Source of the DNA: Octopus vulgaris
Taxonomy: Eukaryota
Reading direction: 5' to 3'
Length of the DNA: 64,000 nt
NCBI GenBank assembly: GCA_951406725.2
Contig: OX597817.1
Location: 149,606,001-149,670,000 of the forward strand
Positions within the stretch are counted from its first letter, which is position 1. Each line of letters starts with the position of its first letter. Positions 26,430 to 37,692 of the stretch are shown in pieces. The translations under genes and the position numbers were made by a program. Below the pieces are notes generated by a model. It made no database searches, was not told the origin of the DNA, and saw only the letters and a program-made list of their open reading frames with translations.

Positions 26430-26640
26430 TAACTTCACAGCTGAACAAGCAGCTGGAAAGAAAGGAGTTTGAGAGATGTGCTGAACAGCTCTTGATCAAC
26501 AAAACTGTGACGTCACAGGGCCGGCGACGTGAAGGAACTTGGTGACAGGCTGCTCGGATGACAAGACAATATTTCACTCTGACACTAGAGCCCCTTTTAA
26601 ATTTCTAGCAATCATTGGAGCACCTGGTCACGTGACTAAC
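26430..26640. promoter_or_regulatory. Candidate promoter or enhancer: CRE, E-boxes, CCAAT
   Basis: CTGTGACGTCACAG palindrome 26505-26518, GTCACGTGAC 26627-26636, CACCTG 26621, CAGCTG 26438 and 26450, ATTGG 26614, all in unique, locally GC-richer DNA. Confidence 0.45.
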
Positions 26641-26849
26641 TGTCTGACTATCAATCTTGAATCATAAACCTTGAAAGGACACGTCTAATCACATTACAGG
26701 TACAAGTTGTCATATGTATTGTAAAGATATGTAAAACACTCGTGAAGTTCAACGAGTAATAAGGTTCGCATATACAATAGTATCTAAGCATGTAATCATG
26801 TGTACATGTATATATACATATGTATATGCATTCATGTGTATTTAAATAT

Positions 26850-27245
26850 GTGCAGAGTGGGTGTGTAGTGAGCAAGACATTCTCTACTATAGCATTCGGG
26901 CCGATGTGTGTGTGTGTGTGTGTGTGTGTGTTGTGAAAAGGTGGATTCGTCCTTTAATTGGAGTTCAAAGTAAACTGGAAGAAGCCCTTCGTATATGTGT
27001 GTGCATGTATGTGTGCGTGTGTGCGAGTATGTGTGTTTGTGTGCGTATGTATTTGTGTGTCTGTGTTTGTTCCCCCACCATCGCTTGACAACAGATGTCG
27101 GTGTGTTTACGTCCCCACAACATAGCGGTTCAGCAAAACATACGAATAGAATAAGTCCTGGGTTCGATTTGTTGACTAAAAGTGGTGCTCCAGTACGACC
27201 GCAGTCAAATGACTGAAACAAGTAAATGAGTAAAAGAAAAGAAAA
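26850..27245 (+). mobile_element. Diverged SINE family A
   Basis: Body and tail match; head decayed. Confidence 0.8.
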
Positions 27246-27575
27246 TAATAAAATACATATATTTGTATGTATGCATGTTTTATCCAAAATGGAAAGGAAC
27301 GCCATTTCTCCATGTGATCGGCTTGAAAAATTGTCAAGATATTAAGATACTTTTCTTAACATGAAACCAATGGTCTCCTTAATTTACAAATAAAGACATT
27401 CTTGAGCACTCATTTTCATCATTCGACATTTACGTGTGTGTGAGTGTATAAAGGTTGAAAGTGGATTCGTCCTTTAATTGGAGGTCTCCAAAAAAAAGGA
27501 TTGCTAATGTTGATTTTTCATACTGTGCTGGGAGTATACAGGCGTAAATTTGCGAAGATATGTAAGTAATACTTG

Positions 27576-27759
27576 TATATAATGTATGATGAATGTATGG
27601 AATGAAGTTTCATAAATCCCAACAAATTCGTTAAAAATGCAGGAGACAAGTTGTTAAAATATAAACTTCTTATAAATTTTAACATGTTTCCTCCATTTTT
27701 AACGAATTTGATGGGATTTATGGAACTTCATTCCATACATTCATCATACATTATATACA
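27576..27759. repeat. Fold-back palindrome (arms about 85 bp)
   Basis: TGTATATAATGTATGATGAATGTATGGAATGAAGTT... and its reverse complement around a short spacer. Confidence 0.92.
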
Positions 27760-27768
27760 TACATACTT

Positions 27769-27828
<60 letters not shown>

Positions 27829-27848
27829 CATATATATATATACATATA

Positions 27849-27987
27849 TATTCTTTTATTCCTTTATTTGTTTATTTTGAAGACAAAGAGAGAAAATAAA
27901 CTAGCAAAAAATTATTGGATAATTCCAGATCCCGGATTTCTGACTTTGCATAAGAAATGTTTTGCTTCATATACATACATACTTACA

Positions 27988-28026
<39 letters not shown>

Positions 28027-28378
28027 ACACACACACATATATATATTCTTTTATTCCTTTATTTGTTTATTTTGAAGACAAAGAGAGAAAATAAACTAGC
28101 AAAAAATTATTGGATAATTCCAGATCCCGGATTTCTGACTTTGCATAAGAAATGTTTTGCTTCATCAGTGGAATACACACAAAATAGTACAAAAATACAA
28201 ATATATATATATATACAACATACAAATACTTACATATATTTACTTCGTTATTATATTCACCGCGGTGGTATTTTGACGATATCACACGAGGAGTTTAGGC
28301 GGACAATTTAAACTGGTCGTGTGCATACATGCATATATATGTGTGTATACGTGCGTATATGTAAGTATTCGTATGTTG

Positions 28379-28415
<37 letters not shown>

Positions 28416-28556
28416 ATGTGTGTGTGTGTGTGTATTTATGTCCTATTTTGTGTATATTCCACTGATAAAGTAAAGCATTTCTTATGCAAAGTCAGAAATC
28501 CGGGATCTGGAATTATCCAATAGTTTTTTGCTAGTTTATTTTGTCTCTTTGTCTTC
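27849..28556. repeat. Unit of about 120 bp present twice in direct and once in inverted orientation
   Basis: GAAGACAAAGAG..GGATAATTCCAGATCCCGGATTTCTGACTTTGCATAAGAAATG in direct copies 27849-27970 and 28043-28165, and inverted at 28444-28556. Confidence 0.92.
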
Positions 28557-28628
28557 TCTCCTGGTGCTGTATGAACATTTAATATGGTTTTAGAGTCAAG
28601 TTTTGGCTGCTATTTCCAGCGTGGTGGT

Positions 28629-28709
28629 ATCTCGTCCACGGACAAACAAGCAAACAAGCAAACACGACTGAACACAATACCTCCGCCTTCGCTAAGGCGG
28701 AGGTAACAA
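28629..28709 (-). mobile_element. Helentron-associated (HINE/DINE-1-like) end fragment
   Basis: Minus strand TTGTTACCTCCGCC-TTAGCGAA-GGCGGAGGTA hairpin followed by (GTTT/GCTT)n. Confidence 0.6.
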
Positions 28710-28908
28710 TAAAGAAAGTAGGGAAGATTCTTGACCTTTGAGTCTCATAAAGTACAGTCACGTGTCAAACTGTATTATAAATGTTTACTATGTGAATAAT
28801 TGAATCGATTGTCACAAAAGGTATATTCATCTTTTGTCAAAATATTTAACTCTACTTGTCTAATCTGATTGGAAAATTCGCCTACAAAACAATACTACAT
28901 GAGACAGG
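28705..28908 (+). repeat. Direct repeat of about 205 bp, copy 1 (copy 2 at 32330-32534)
   Basis: Aligned by eye; 76 bp central block identical. Confidence 0.92.
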
Positions 28909-29248
28909 TCCTTATCGCCAAAAACTGATACATACATAAATACATACATACATACATACATACATACATACATACATACATACATACATACATACATGTA
29001 TGTGTGTCCTCGTGTCTTGTTTGTCACTACGACCGCTTGACAACCGGTGTTGGTGTGCTTACATTATCGTAACATAGCGGTTCGGCAAAGAAAAAACGAT
29101 AGAATATGTACTGTGGTCGATTCGTTCAACTAAAAATTTCCTCAAGGCGGTTCCCCAACATGGCTGCAGTCAAATGACTGAAACGAGTAAAAGTATAAAA
29201 GAGTATATGTATGTGTGTGTGCGTGCGTGCATGCGTGCGTGCGCGCAT

Positions 29249-29310
<62 letters not shown>

Positions 29311-29339
29311 ACATATATGTATACTTCAATGCATACATA

Positions 29340-29522
29340 TAGATGTACAAAAGGCCTGGTTGGAGGTCAACCATCCAAGTTCTTTTATACAGGGCTTAGT
29401 AAAACTGAAGGACCACTGCAATAAGTGTGTGAACCTGAGAGGGGAACATGTTGAATAAAATCATAATTAGCTGATCCTCCGGTACTTTCTTTTACCCAAA
29501 GCCAGGAACTTTTCAGCACCGC
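29340..29522 (+). mobile_element. Mariner 3' fragment
   Basis: QGLVKLKDHCNKCVNLRGEHVE* resembles the mariner C-terminus; TIR-like GCCAGGAACTTTTCAGCACC follows. Confidence 0.75.
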
Positions 29523-29547
29523 TTTCTATATTTAAAATATATATGAA

Positions 29548-29936
29548 CTAGCAGTATCGCCCGGCGTTGCTCGGGTTTGTAAGGGAAATAACTATAAAGC
29601 ATTTTTAGAGAGTTATAGCCAAAAAATAGCAAAAAAATGCATTAAAAATGGAAAAAATATGATGGTAAATTTTTTTTAAATCGTTGACTCATCGTAGACA
29701 TTTTTAGAGAGTTACTTCCCTTATATAATAGCGACAAAATGCATTAAAATGGTAAAAAATTATGGTAAATTATTTTTAAAATCGTAGACTAATCGTAGAC
29801 TCATCGTAGACGCGCGCTAATACCCAGAAGGGCTCAAGATACCCGGTTTTGGTTAAACTGCACCGCAAAATGTGGGAGTAGTTAGGAATCTAAATCGGAG
29901 TAGATAGACACACAACCTTACTTTTATATATAAAGA
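29548..29936 (-). mobile_element. Non-autonomous Helitron
   Basis: Minus strand A|TCTTTATATATAAAAG ... CCCGAGCAACGCCGGGCGATACTGCTAG|T. Confidence 0.88.
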
Positions 29937-30214
29937 TATATTTGACACGTCATGAAAGTAGCCATCTGTAGTTAAATGACAGATATTTTTGTTCTGTTGC
30001 CTGAACAGGAGATCGAACTGGTAAATTTCAACGCTTACTGACGCCCCATCAAAGATCGATCGTTTCTTAATGTTCGCAGACAGAATGGCAGCTTATAGCT
30101 CTTTACAGTTTACACATGCTCGAACTAAGCTTAATTTGCTTGACTGTGCAGCCATTGATAATGCACATTAATTAATCATTAGATGTAATGTACAGTGTGA
30201 TTGCATAATATCAA

Positions 30215-30910
30215 TGCTTGCATTGTCATACAAATCAAGCAGGCCAAATTAATTATGTCCCGCACGTAAATGCTGAGCTACGTATTTCGGATCAACAGCC
30301 AACTCTGCCAAAGACTCCTAGAACACGTTATTTTTTCAAAACCACAAACCGTAAGACAGTGTTCTAGCATTGAAACTCGTGTAGAGCAAAAAGATCAACT
30401 AAGATGTTAATGAAGATTAACTATATGAATGCAACTGGCCCTCCGTCGGTTACGACGGCGAGGATTCTAGTTGATCTGACCGACGGAACACCCTGCTCGT
30501 GAAATTAGCGTGCATGTGACTGAGCACTCCACGAACACGTGTACCCTTAACGTAGTCCTCAGGGAGATTCAGCATGATACAAAGTGTGACATGGCTGGCC
30601 TTTTGAAATACAGGTACTACTCATTTGTGCCATCTGGGTGGACTGGAGCAACATGAAATAAAGTGTCTTGCTCAAGGACACAACGTGTCGCCGGGAATTG
30701 AACTCACGATCATGATCCGAATACCTTTACAACCTTACGATCGTGAACCAAATACCCTTACCTCTAATCCACGCGCCTTCATGGAGGTTAAACATGCGAT
30801 AAACCACCGGTTAACCGAAACACATTTTATTAGGATGTTTAAACCTACGATGAACCACCGAGGTGAGTTTGAAACACGGCAGGAAACATATTCTCTCTCA
30901 GAACAGTTAT
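30215..30910 (+). mobile_element. Decayed Penelope-like GIY-YIG fragment split by a SINE
   Basis: CPARKC*ATYFGSTA and LCQRLLEH (about 30256-30326); ETHFIRMFKPTMNHRGE (about 30817-30867). Confidence 0.6.
30435..30780 (-). mobile_element. tRNA-derived CORE SINE carrying the family C tail
   Basis: Head and GTGTCCTTGAGCAAGACACTTTATTTCATGTTGCTCCAGTCCAC core as in family D; 3' part from GTACCTGTATTTCAAA onward as in family C. Confidence 0.85.
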
Positions 30911-32329
30911 AGAACCTAACCACCAAGCTACACAAACATTTAGTCTAATGAGGGGTGTTCAGTCTGAAGGCATTCGCTGAGCAATAACAGCGCACCCAGT
31001 AACGAAGCTCATTTCGAAATTATTTACTAATTAAGGTTCTTTTATTTATACCTACCTATGAATTTATCTACCCTGATAATACGGTTAAGCATTAATACGT
31101 ATTGCATCTAAACTGTTCTTGTTTATCGCCTATCGCTCTAATCAGGAATATGGCATTTAAGGGCGTTTATCAACCAAGACGCTGTATTCACACTCGCGCT
31201 ATATTGTTTGAAATAAACTAACCCATCGTATTTAAGAGAATTAGATTATCGTTTTGAATAACCAGAAATTACATTTCTGCAAAGAACGGAGTTATATGCA
31301 GACGTTAGCAAGACATTAGAAGTATTTTTTTAATTGTTTATCAGGACTATTTTACTCAGAGAATTGTAAAAACGAAACCATTTTGTAACTGAAAACCGTT
31401 AAAATTATGATTTTGTACATAAAATAAATATATACTCGCATTCTAAAATAAATTCGTTAACACCATAGTTTAACACCAACCTGATGTCATTGGGTGTCTT
31501 TACCAGAGTTCACCCTATTGCAGACATTCAGACTAAGTTCTAAGTTCCAACTACTCATTTCTCATTAATCTCGGAAAGTCTATCCTTGTTCTTCTTACGA
31601 AGCCCCATATAATTAAGATAATGGAAATACACCTGTTGAACAGGTTGAATGAAGGCAGGAATGCCTGTGACATATATTAGCTAGAGTAAAAGACTTATGT
31701 CCTGTGGACCATCATGCAGGAAATTTTTTATCTCGCAGACTCAGCTCTTAAAGCTAATTTAGTTGCGTTACAGCCAATGAAGATTGTCGCATACACCCAA
31801 ACGTGTGCATCTAATCACATAAGAATCTATTCGCTTATTCGCTTGTTTATTAAATGCATTAAATAGGAATTGTCTCCCCTACAAGTATTTTTCTTTAGTT
31901 TGTACTCTTTGTTCAATGATACAGTTTCTGGTTCTGAAACTGTTTAGATTAATTTCACGAATATCTCAGCTCTGTATTGCTGTCGTTGACTGTGTGATAT
32001 CCACATGATCTGATGTACAATATTGCAACATCTTTCCTGGTGTAAGTTAAGGGCCCGGCTGAAACATATCGTGTAGAACTTTAAACGATTGGAATGGCCC
32101 TAGTTTGCCACAAAAAAAGGAGAAATCCCATTATCATCAAAGCGATTGACATGAAGAACTCACATAAAGGATAGATTCTGCTACGTTGACAATTTATTAT
32201 AATCCATTGATAATACAGGAAGGTAAAAGAGTCATGGAAGTCATAGAAATGGTCACTTCTGTATGAAGGAATAATAAGAAATGGAAATTTGAAGCCTTTT
32301 TTTATTCGTTTAAATATAAAAACAATGTA

Positions 32330-32534
32330 AACAATAAAGGAAGTAGGGAAAATTCTTGATCTTTGAATCTTATAAAGTGCAGTCAAGTGTTAAACGGTAT
32401 TATGGATGTTTACTATGTGAATAATGAAAATCGATTGTCACAAAAGGTATATTCATCTTTTGTCAAAATATTTAACTCTACTTGTCTAATCTGATTGGAA
32501 AATTAACCAACGAAACAATACTACAGAAAACAGG
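32330..32534 (+). repeat. Direct repeat of about 205 bp, copy 2
   Basis: Matches 28705-28908. Confidence 0.92.
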
Positions 32535-32660
32535 AGCAACAGAAAACACAATTGTAGGTTTTAAACGAGTTTACCAACCATTATAGTCATATGAATATTT
32601 CTTGTAAACACATTCCTATTATAAGGTTCGTATGTTTTCTTTTGCAAAATTATACAAACA

Positions 32661-33015
32661 TTGTTGTATTTAGGAATGGTCATTTTGCCAGTTTAGTCAA
32701 TAAAAACACACGTACTATATATTTGGTGTTACTTTGCTTCAGCGTTATTTATTTTTTACATTAATCTTAATCGTATTTCGGCCAGAGTTCTTTCGTCACA
32801 CTTCTGTGACCTCATCAGTGGCCCTTTGCTTTCTTCTTTCTTATTTGTGTGTCTCTCCTTACTAACGGTCAGCCATTTTGTATTTTGCATTCCTATTGTA
32901 TGCGTCTTCATTTGCTATGCGTATACCTCTGTCTATTGACTAAACTGGCAAAATGACCGTTCCTAAGTACATCAATATCTGTTTCAACACACGATTTCAC
33001 ATAAAAAATCTTGCA
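32661..33015 (-). mobile_element. Penelope-like pLTR-type repeat with inverted ends
   Basis: About 40 bp inverted arms (32661-32702 vs 32934-32975) enclosing a hammerhead motif. Confidence 0.7.
32780..32823 (-). ncRNA. Minimal type I hammerhead ribozyme, canonical core
   Basis: GGCCA-CUGAUGA-G-GUCACA(GAAG)UGUGAC-GAA-AG(AA)CU-C-UGGCC: stem I 5 bp, stem II 6 bp, stem III 2 bp, CUC cleavage triplet. Confidence 0.85.
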
Positions 33016-33778
33016 AAACAAATATACAAATGTAATTATACAGTTTTGTAGAAAGAATTGCGAAAATAGAAACGGCAAAAAATTGTTTAGTATTGCTAGG
33101 AAAAATTTCTCTTGTATAGATTTGTTTGTCTGTAAAGATTTCAGAACAATATTTATATCTTAGTAGATATATTGCTGCAAGATTAATTTCTTTGATAACT
33201 GAAGAAATAATTATTGACTTACGAGTTATTTTGTATAAAACACTTCCCGGTCACTGCCGCCATTTTTCTTGCGACTACTGCTGTCAATTCAGGCCACAAC
33301 AATCTTCTAGAAAATTCAGAGAATATCATAACTTATAAATAGTATAAAACAGCTATGGTTATTGTTAATTGTCTTCATTGAACAATAGAAAATTGATTTT
33401 AATGTAATTCATAATAATGGATCACTTTCATACATATCATAACAAGATGACACTTGATAGTTTATAGACTACAGTGTACAAAAGAAAATTATCCAACTGA
33501 ATTGTCACATATAAACATGAGCCTCGTTGTGGATAATTGAAACGCTGAGAGATTAATCTTTGGATCGTAAAGAGATAGATAATTGCATTCGGCAAACAAT
33601 AGAAAATATTGCACAAAGATAATGTTAATCATGTTACATATCATTCACAACAACAAAGATAAAATCAGTTTTTCCAGAAATCGAATGAAAAGGGAAGAAA
33701 TTAATCGAGTATCTTTTATATATACCGCATTTTTATTTTTCCTTTTTTTTTTCGTCTTTTTTCTCCTTTTGTAATCAG

Positions 33779-33955
33779 TTATACAAGCCCTGGACGTGAA
33801 ATGCGAGCAGTAAATGTGGAAACAACAATGAAAATTATTATTAAACATCAAATCTTAGATATTACTATGTTCTTCTTGCCATCTCCTCCATGAGTTTACA
33901 AAGAATGGTGAGTGGGCGTGGTTTATAAAAGCTCAGGTGTGCAATTATAAAATGA
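33779..33955 (+). other. Candidate non-coding or 5' UTR exon (33779-33907) with adjacent GC-box and TATA motif
   Basis: Long pyrimidine tract plus CAG acceptor (33778), ATG|GTGAGT donor (33907/33908), GGGCGTGG 33914-33921, TATAAAA 33924-33930; all three frames contain stops. Confidence 0.35.
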
Positions 33956-34315
33956 AGAACACTTAAAGCTACGCTAGCCTCCATTTGCTATCGATATTAG
34001 AATTGGATTCGAAATCAAACTAAAGCACAAACATTCCAAATACAATAATAATTTGATGTTAATTTTTAAGTTTAGTACAAACGCTGTTCTTATGTCATTT
34101 TATAATTTCCATTCTTCAGACTGCGAAACATACTGGGGCACCGCTTTCAAGGACTCTTAATTCGATAATATAGTATTCCCCTTGTGGGCAGTAAAGAAAT
34201 GAATATAGTACTCCTGTACTTACCTAAATTTTGTACTTATTTTATCGACTCTGTTTATCGAATGGCTAGGTTAACTTTGAACTTAGGTCACGCACCTCGA
34301 CATAATGTCTCACAC

Positions 34316-34641
34316 CGGCGAGCTGGCAGAAACGTTAGCACGCCGGGCGAAATGCTTAGCGGTATTTCGTCTGCGTTACTTTCAGTTCATATTATATTTC
34401 TTGGGTGTAAGGCGGCGAGATGGTAGAAACGTTAGCACGCTGGGCGAAATGCTTAGTAGTATTTCGTCTGCTGCTACGTTCTGAGTTCAAATTCCGCCGA
34501 GGTCGACTTTGCCTTTCATCCTTTCGGGGTCGATAAATTAAGTACCAGTTACGCACTGGGGTCGATGTAATCGACTTAATACCTATGTCTGTCCTTGTTT
34601 GTCCCCTCTGTGTTTAGCCCCTTGTGGGTAATAAAGAAATA
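34316..34641 (+). mobile_element. SINE B head fragment plus full SINE B (34410-34641)
   Basis: Direct match to family B. Confidence 0.9.
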
Positions 34642-34878
34642 AGTATACAGATTCACATAGTGGTATACATATCCATCTCTACACCCAGCCACTTCAGTTG
34701 CAGCTGAAAAACTTCCAGCGTCTTCCGTCTGCTACTAATGCACTTCTGTGCTTTTTAGCACTATACGTCTATGCAAGAAGCTTTCTCGAGACGAATAGGC
34801 CTTCGATAGTATATCCACATTATGCAAGATATAAAAATGGTATATATATAATATTTTGTGTGTGTGTGTGTGTGTATT

Positions 34879-35019
<141 letters not shown>

Positions 35020-35167
35020 CATATATTATATATATAGCATATGTGTCCGTGTGTGTGTGTACAATTAATAAGAGGAATGACCACTAAAGTGGATTCCTAT
35101 AATCGCCTTGCCACAAAGAGTGTGTTCTCAAGAAAAACACCCAGCAAACGCCAAATATATATATATA

Positions 35168-35205
<38 letters not shown>

Positions 35206-35563
35206 TGCCGACACAATGAGACGCGTACCACCAAAAGCGCACAAGGCGCTGCTAGGGTTGCGATATTCTACAGATACATATCTCTGTATCTCTATGTATG
35301 CATGCCTGCATCTCCAAACAAGCCGATTCTATTGACACGTTCTTTTTACAGAGAAGAGAGAGCTCTCTTCATCGCCCACACTAACATGTCTAGGATAGGG
35401 ACGTGTTGCCGAATAATCCCTGATGGTTATAAATGAACCGCAAAATAAAAATGAACTCTTATCTCAGTTGAATATTATTCACAATATTAGTCAAGTAATG
35501 TGAAGTTCGACACAGTGAAGTGAAACGGCCATATTAACAATTAGACAAGTAATGTGAGCATTT

Positions 35564-35952
35564 AGGCGTAGGAGTGGCTGTGTGGTAAGTAGCTTGTTTA
35601 CCAACCACATGGTTCCGGGTTCAGTCCCACTGCGTGGCACCTTGGGCAAATCTTCTACTATAGTCTCGGGCCGACCAAAGCCTTGTGAGTGGATTTGGTA
35701 GACGGAAACTGAAAGAAGCCCGTCATATATATGTATATATATATGTATGTGTGTGTGTATGTTTGTGTATTTGTAGTTGTCCCCACCAACATCGTTTTAC
35801 AACCGATGCTGGTGTGTTTACGTCCTCGTAACTTAGAGACCGATAGAATAAGTACCAGGCTTACACAGAATAAGTCCTGGGGTCGATTTGCTCGACTAAA
35901 GCATGGCCACAGTCAAATAACTGAAAGAAGTAAAAGAGTAAAGAGTAAAAGA
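35564..35952 (+). mobile_element. SINE family A
   Basis: Full copy with small deletions. Confidence 0.9.
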
Positions 35953-36123
35953 GAATTATGTTTCTTTATTGGCCACACAGGGCTGAACACAGAGACGACA
36001 AAATATAAAGAGAGGAAGAGAAGGAAAAAAGAGGGTAGAAATTCGATCAAAAGTGATCGTTAAAAAAATAGTCAAGTAATGTAAAGTTCGACGCAGTAAA
36101 GTAAAACGTTTATATTAACAAAG

Positions 36124-36435
36124 TGAAGGTGCATGGCTCAGTGGTTAGAGCGTCTAGCTTACGATCGTGAGGTTGTGAGTTCGATTCCCGGACCGGGCTG
36201 CGTGTTGTGTTTTTAAGTAAGACACTTAAGCTGTAGAAATGAGTTGCGACATCACTAGTGGCAAGCTTTATCAGTCTTTGCCTTTCCTTTTGATAACATC
36301 AGTGGTGTGGAGAGGGGAGACCGGTATGCATGGGCGAATGCTGGCCTTCCACAAACAACCTTGCCCGGACTTGTGCCTCGGAGGGTAACTTTTCTAGGTG
36401 CAATCTCATAGTCATTCATGACCGAAAGAGGTCTC
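36124..36435 (+). mobile_element. SINE family D (tRNA-derived CORE SINE, octopus OR-like)
   Basis: A box TGGCTCAGTGG, B box GTTCGATTCC, partly deleted CORE; homologous to 56662-57004; TSD-like TTAACAAAG on both sides. Confidence 0.88.
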
Positions 36436-36796
36436 CTCCATGTTAACAAAGAACAGCTCTGTGATAATATCGAGGATGACCCTAACTTTGCTTAGTTAAG
36501 CGCAACGCCAGCAATTCTGAGCTGTGGTATCCCAGTATTTGATCGGTAGTTTTATTTTATCGACTCGGTAAGGATGAAAAGCAAAGCTGACCTCAGTAAG
36601 ATATGAACTCAGAGCGTAGAATCCGAAGATATACGCAAAGCATTTTCCCCACGTTCTACCAACTTTCCGTCTTCTAAAATATCTATATAAACGAAAGAGA
36701 TGGCTTGCGCATCCTCAACACTGTCTTTATTTGGCCAAACGCTGAATCATCAAATGCAAAACAAGTCCTACAATCGTTGAGCAATGGTTGCAGATC

Positions 36797-37189
36797 AAAT
36801 CTTATAAAGACCTGCCAAGTTATAATTCAAAAGGAGCTTTTCCTAGACAAGTTGCCCTCACAAGTCTACCCCTCAGACCCAGTGGTTCACAGTACGTCCG
36901 TGTAGCACCTTGACTATTTCTATAAATATTCCTTCCAATTTCTTTGCTCTTCTTTTTCTTGTGGGTATGAGCAGAAATTTACAGCGGGATCAAACTTTGT
37001 AATGCGCGAATCCATGCGAATCCATAAGACCAAATCTTCAAAGATGTGCCAAGTTATGATTCAAAAGGAGCTTTTCCTAGACAAGTTGGCCTCACAGGTT
37101 TACCCCCTCACACCCTGTGGTTCACTGTACGCACGAGCACCACCTTGACTATTTCTATCAATAAGTCCTTCCAATTACTTTCCTTTTCT

Positions 37190-37238
<49 letters not shown>

Positions 37239-37300
37239 AGCACAAATTTACAGTGGGATCAAGCATTGTTTCTTTGCAAAGCATGCGCGAATCCATGCGA
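36797..37300. repeat. Tandem duplication of a unique-looking unit of about 235 bp
   Basis: TGCCAAGTTAT(A/G)ATTCAAAAGGAGCTTTTCCTAGACAAGTTG..ATGCGCGAATCCATGCGA occurs twice; copy 2 has a longer (TG)n. Confidence 0.9.
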
Positions 37301-37692
37301 GAGGCCATCGCTCAAATTTCTATAATTCATAATTTGATTTCATCTTACACACACACACACGCACACACACACGTACATACACATATTCTTTTCTTCTTTC
37401 TTTTTATTCTTTTTACTTGTTTCAGTCATTTGGCTGCGGTCATGCTGGAGTACCGCATTTAGTCGAGCAAATTGACACCAAGACTTATTCTTTGTAAGCC
37501 TTGTACTTATTCCATCGGTCTATTTTGCCGAACCGCCCAAGTTACGGGGACGTAAACACACTAGCATCGGTTGTCAAGCGATGTTGGGGAACAAACACAG
37601 ATACACAAACACAGACTCACAGACACACAGTCACGCACATATATATATGTATATGTGTGTGTGTGTGCATATATATATATATATATATACAT

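Noticed and set aside
30131-30252. Imperfect 25 bp stem (30141-30165 with 30202-30228) resembling a pre-miRNA
   Set aside because: Large loop, AT-rich, overlaps a decayed Penelope-like fragment, no mature miRNA I recognise, and plausible by chance in 64 kb
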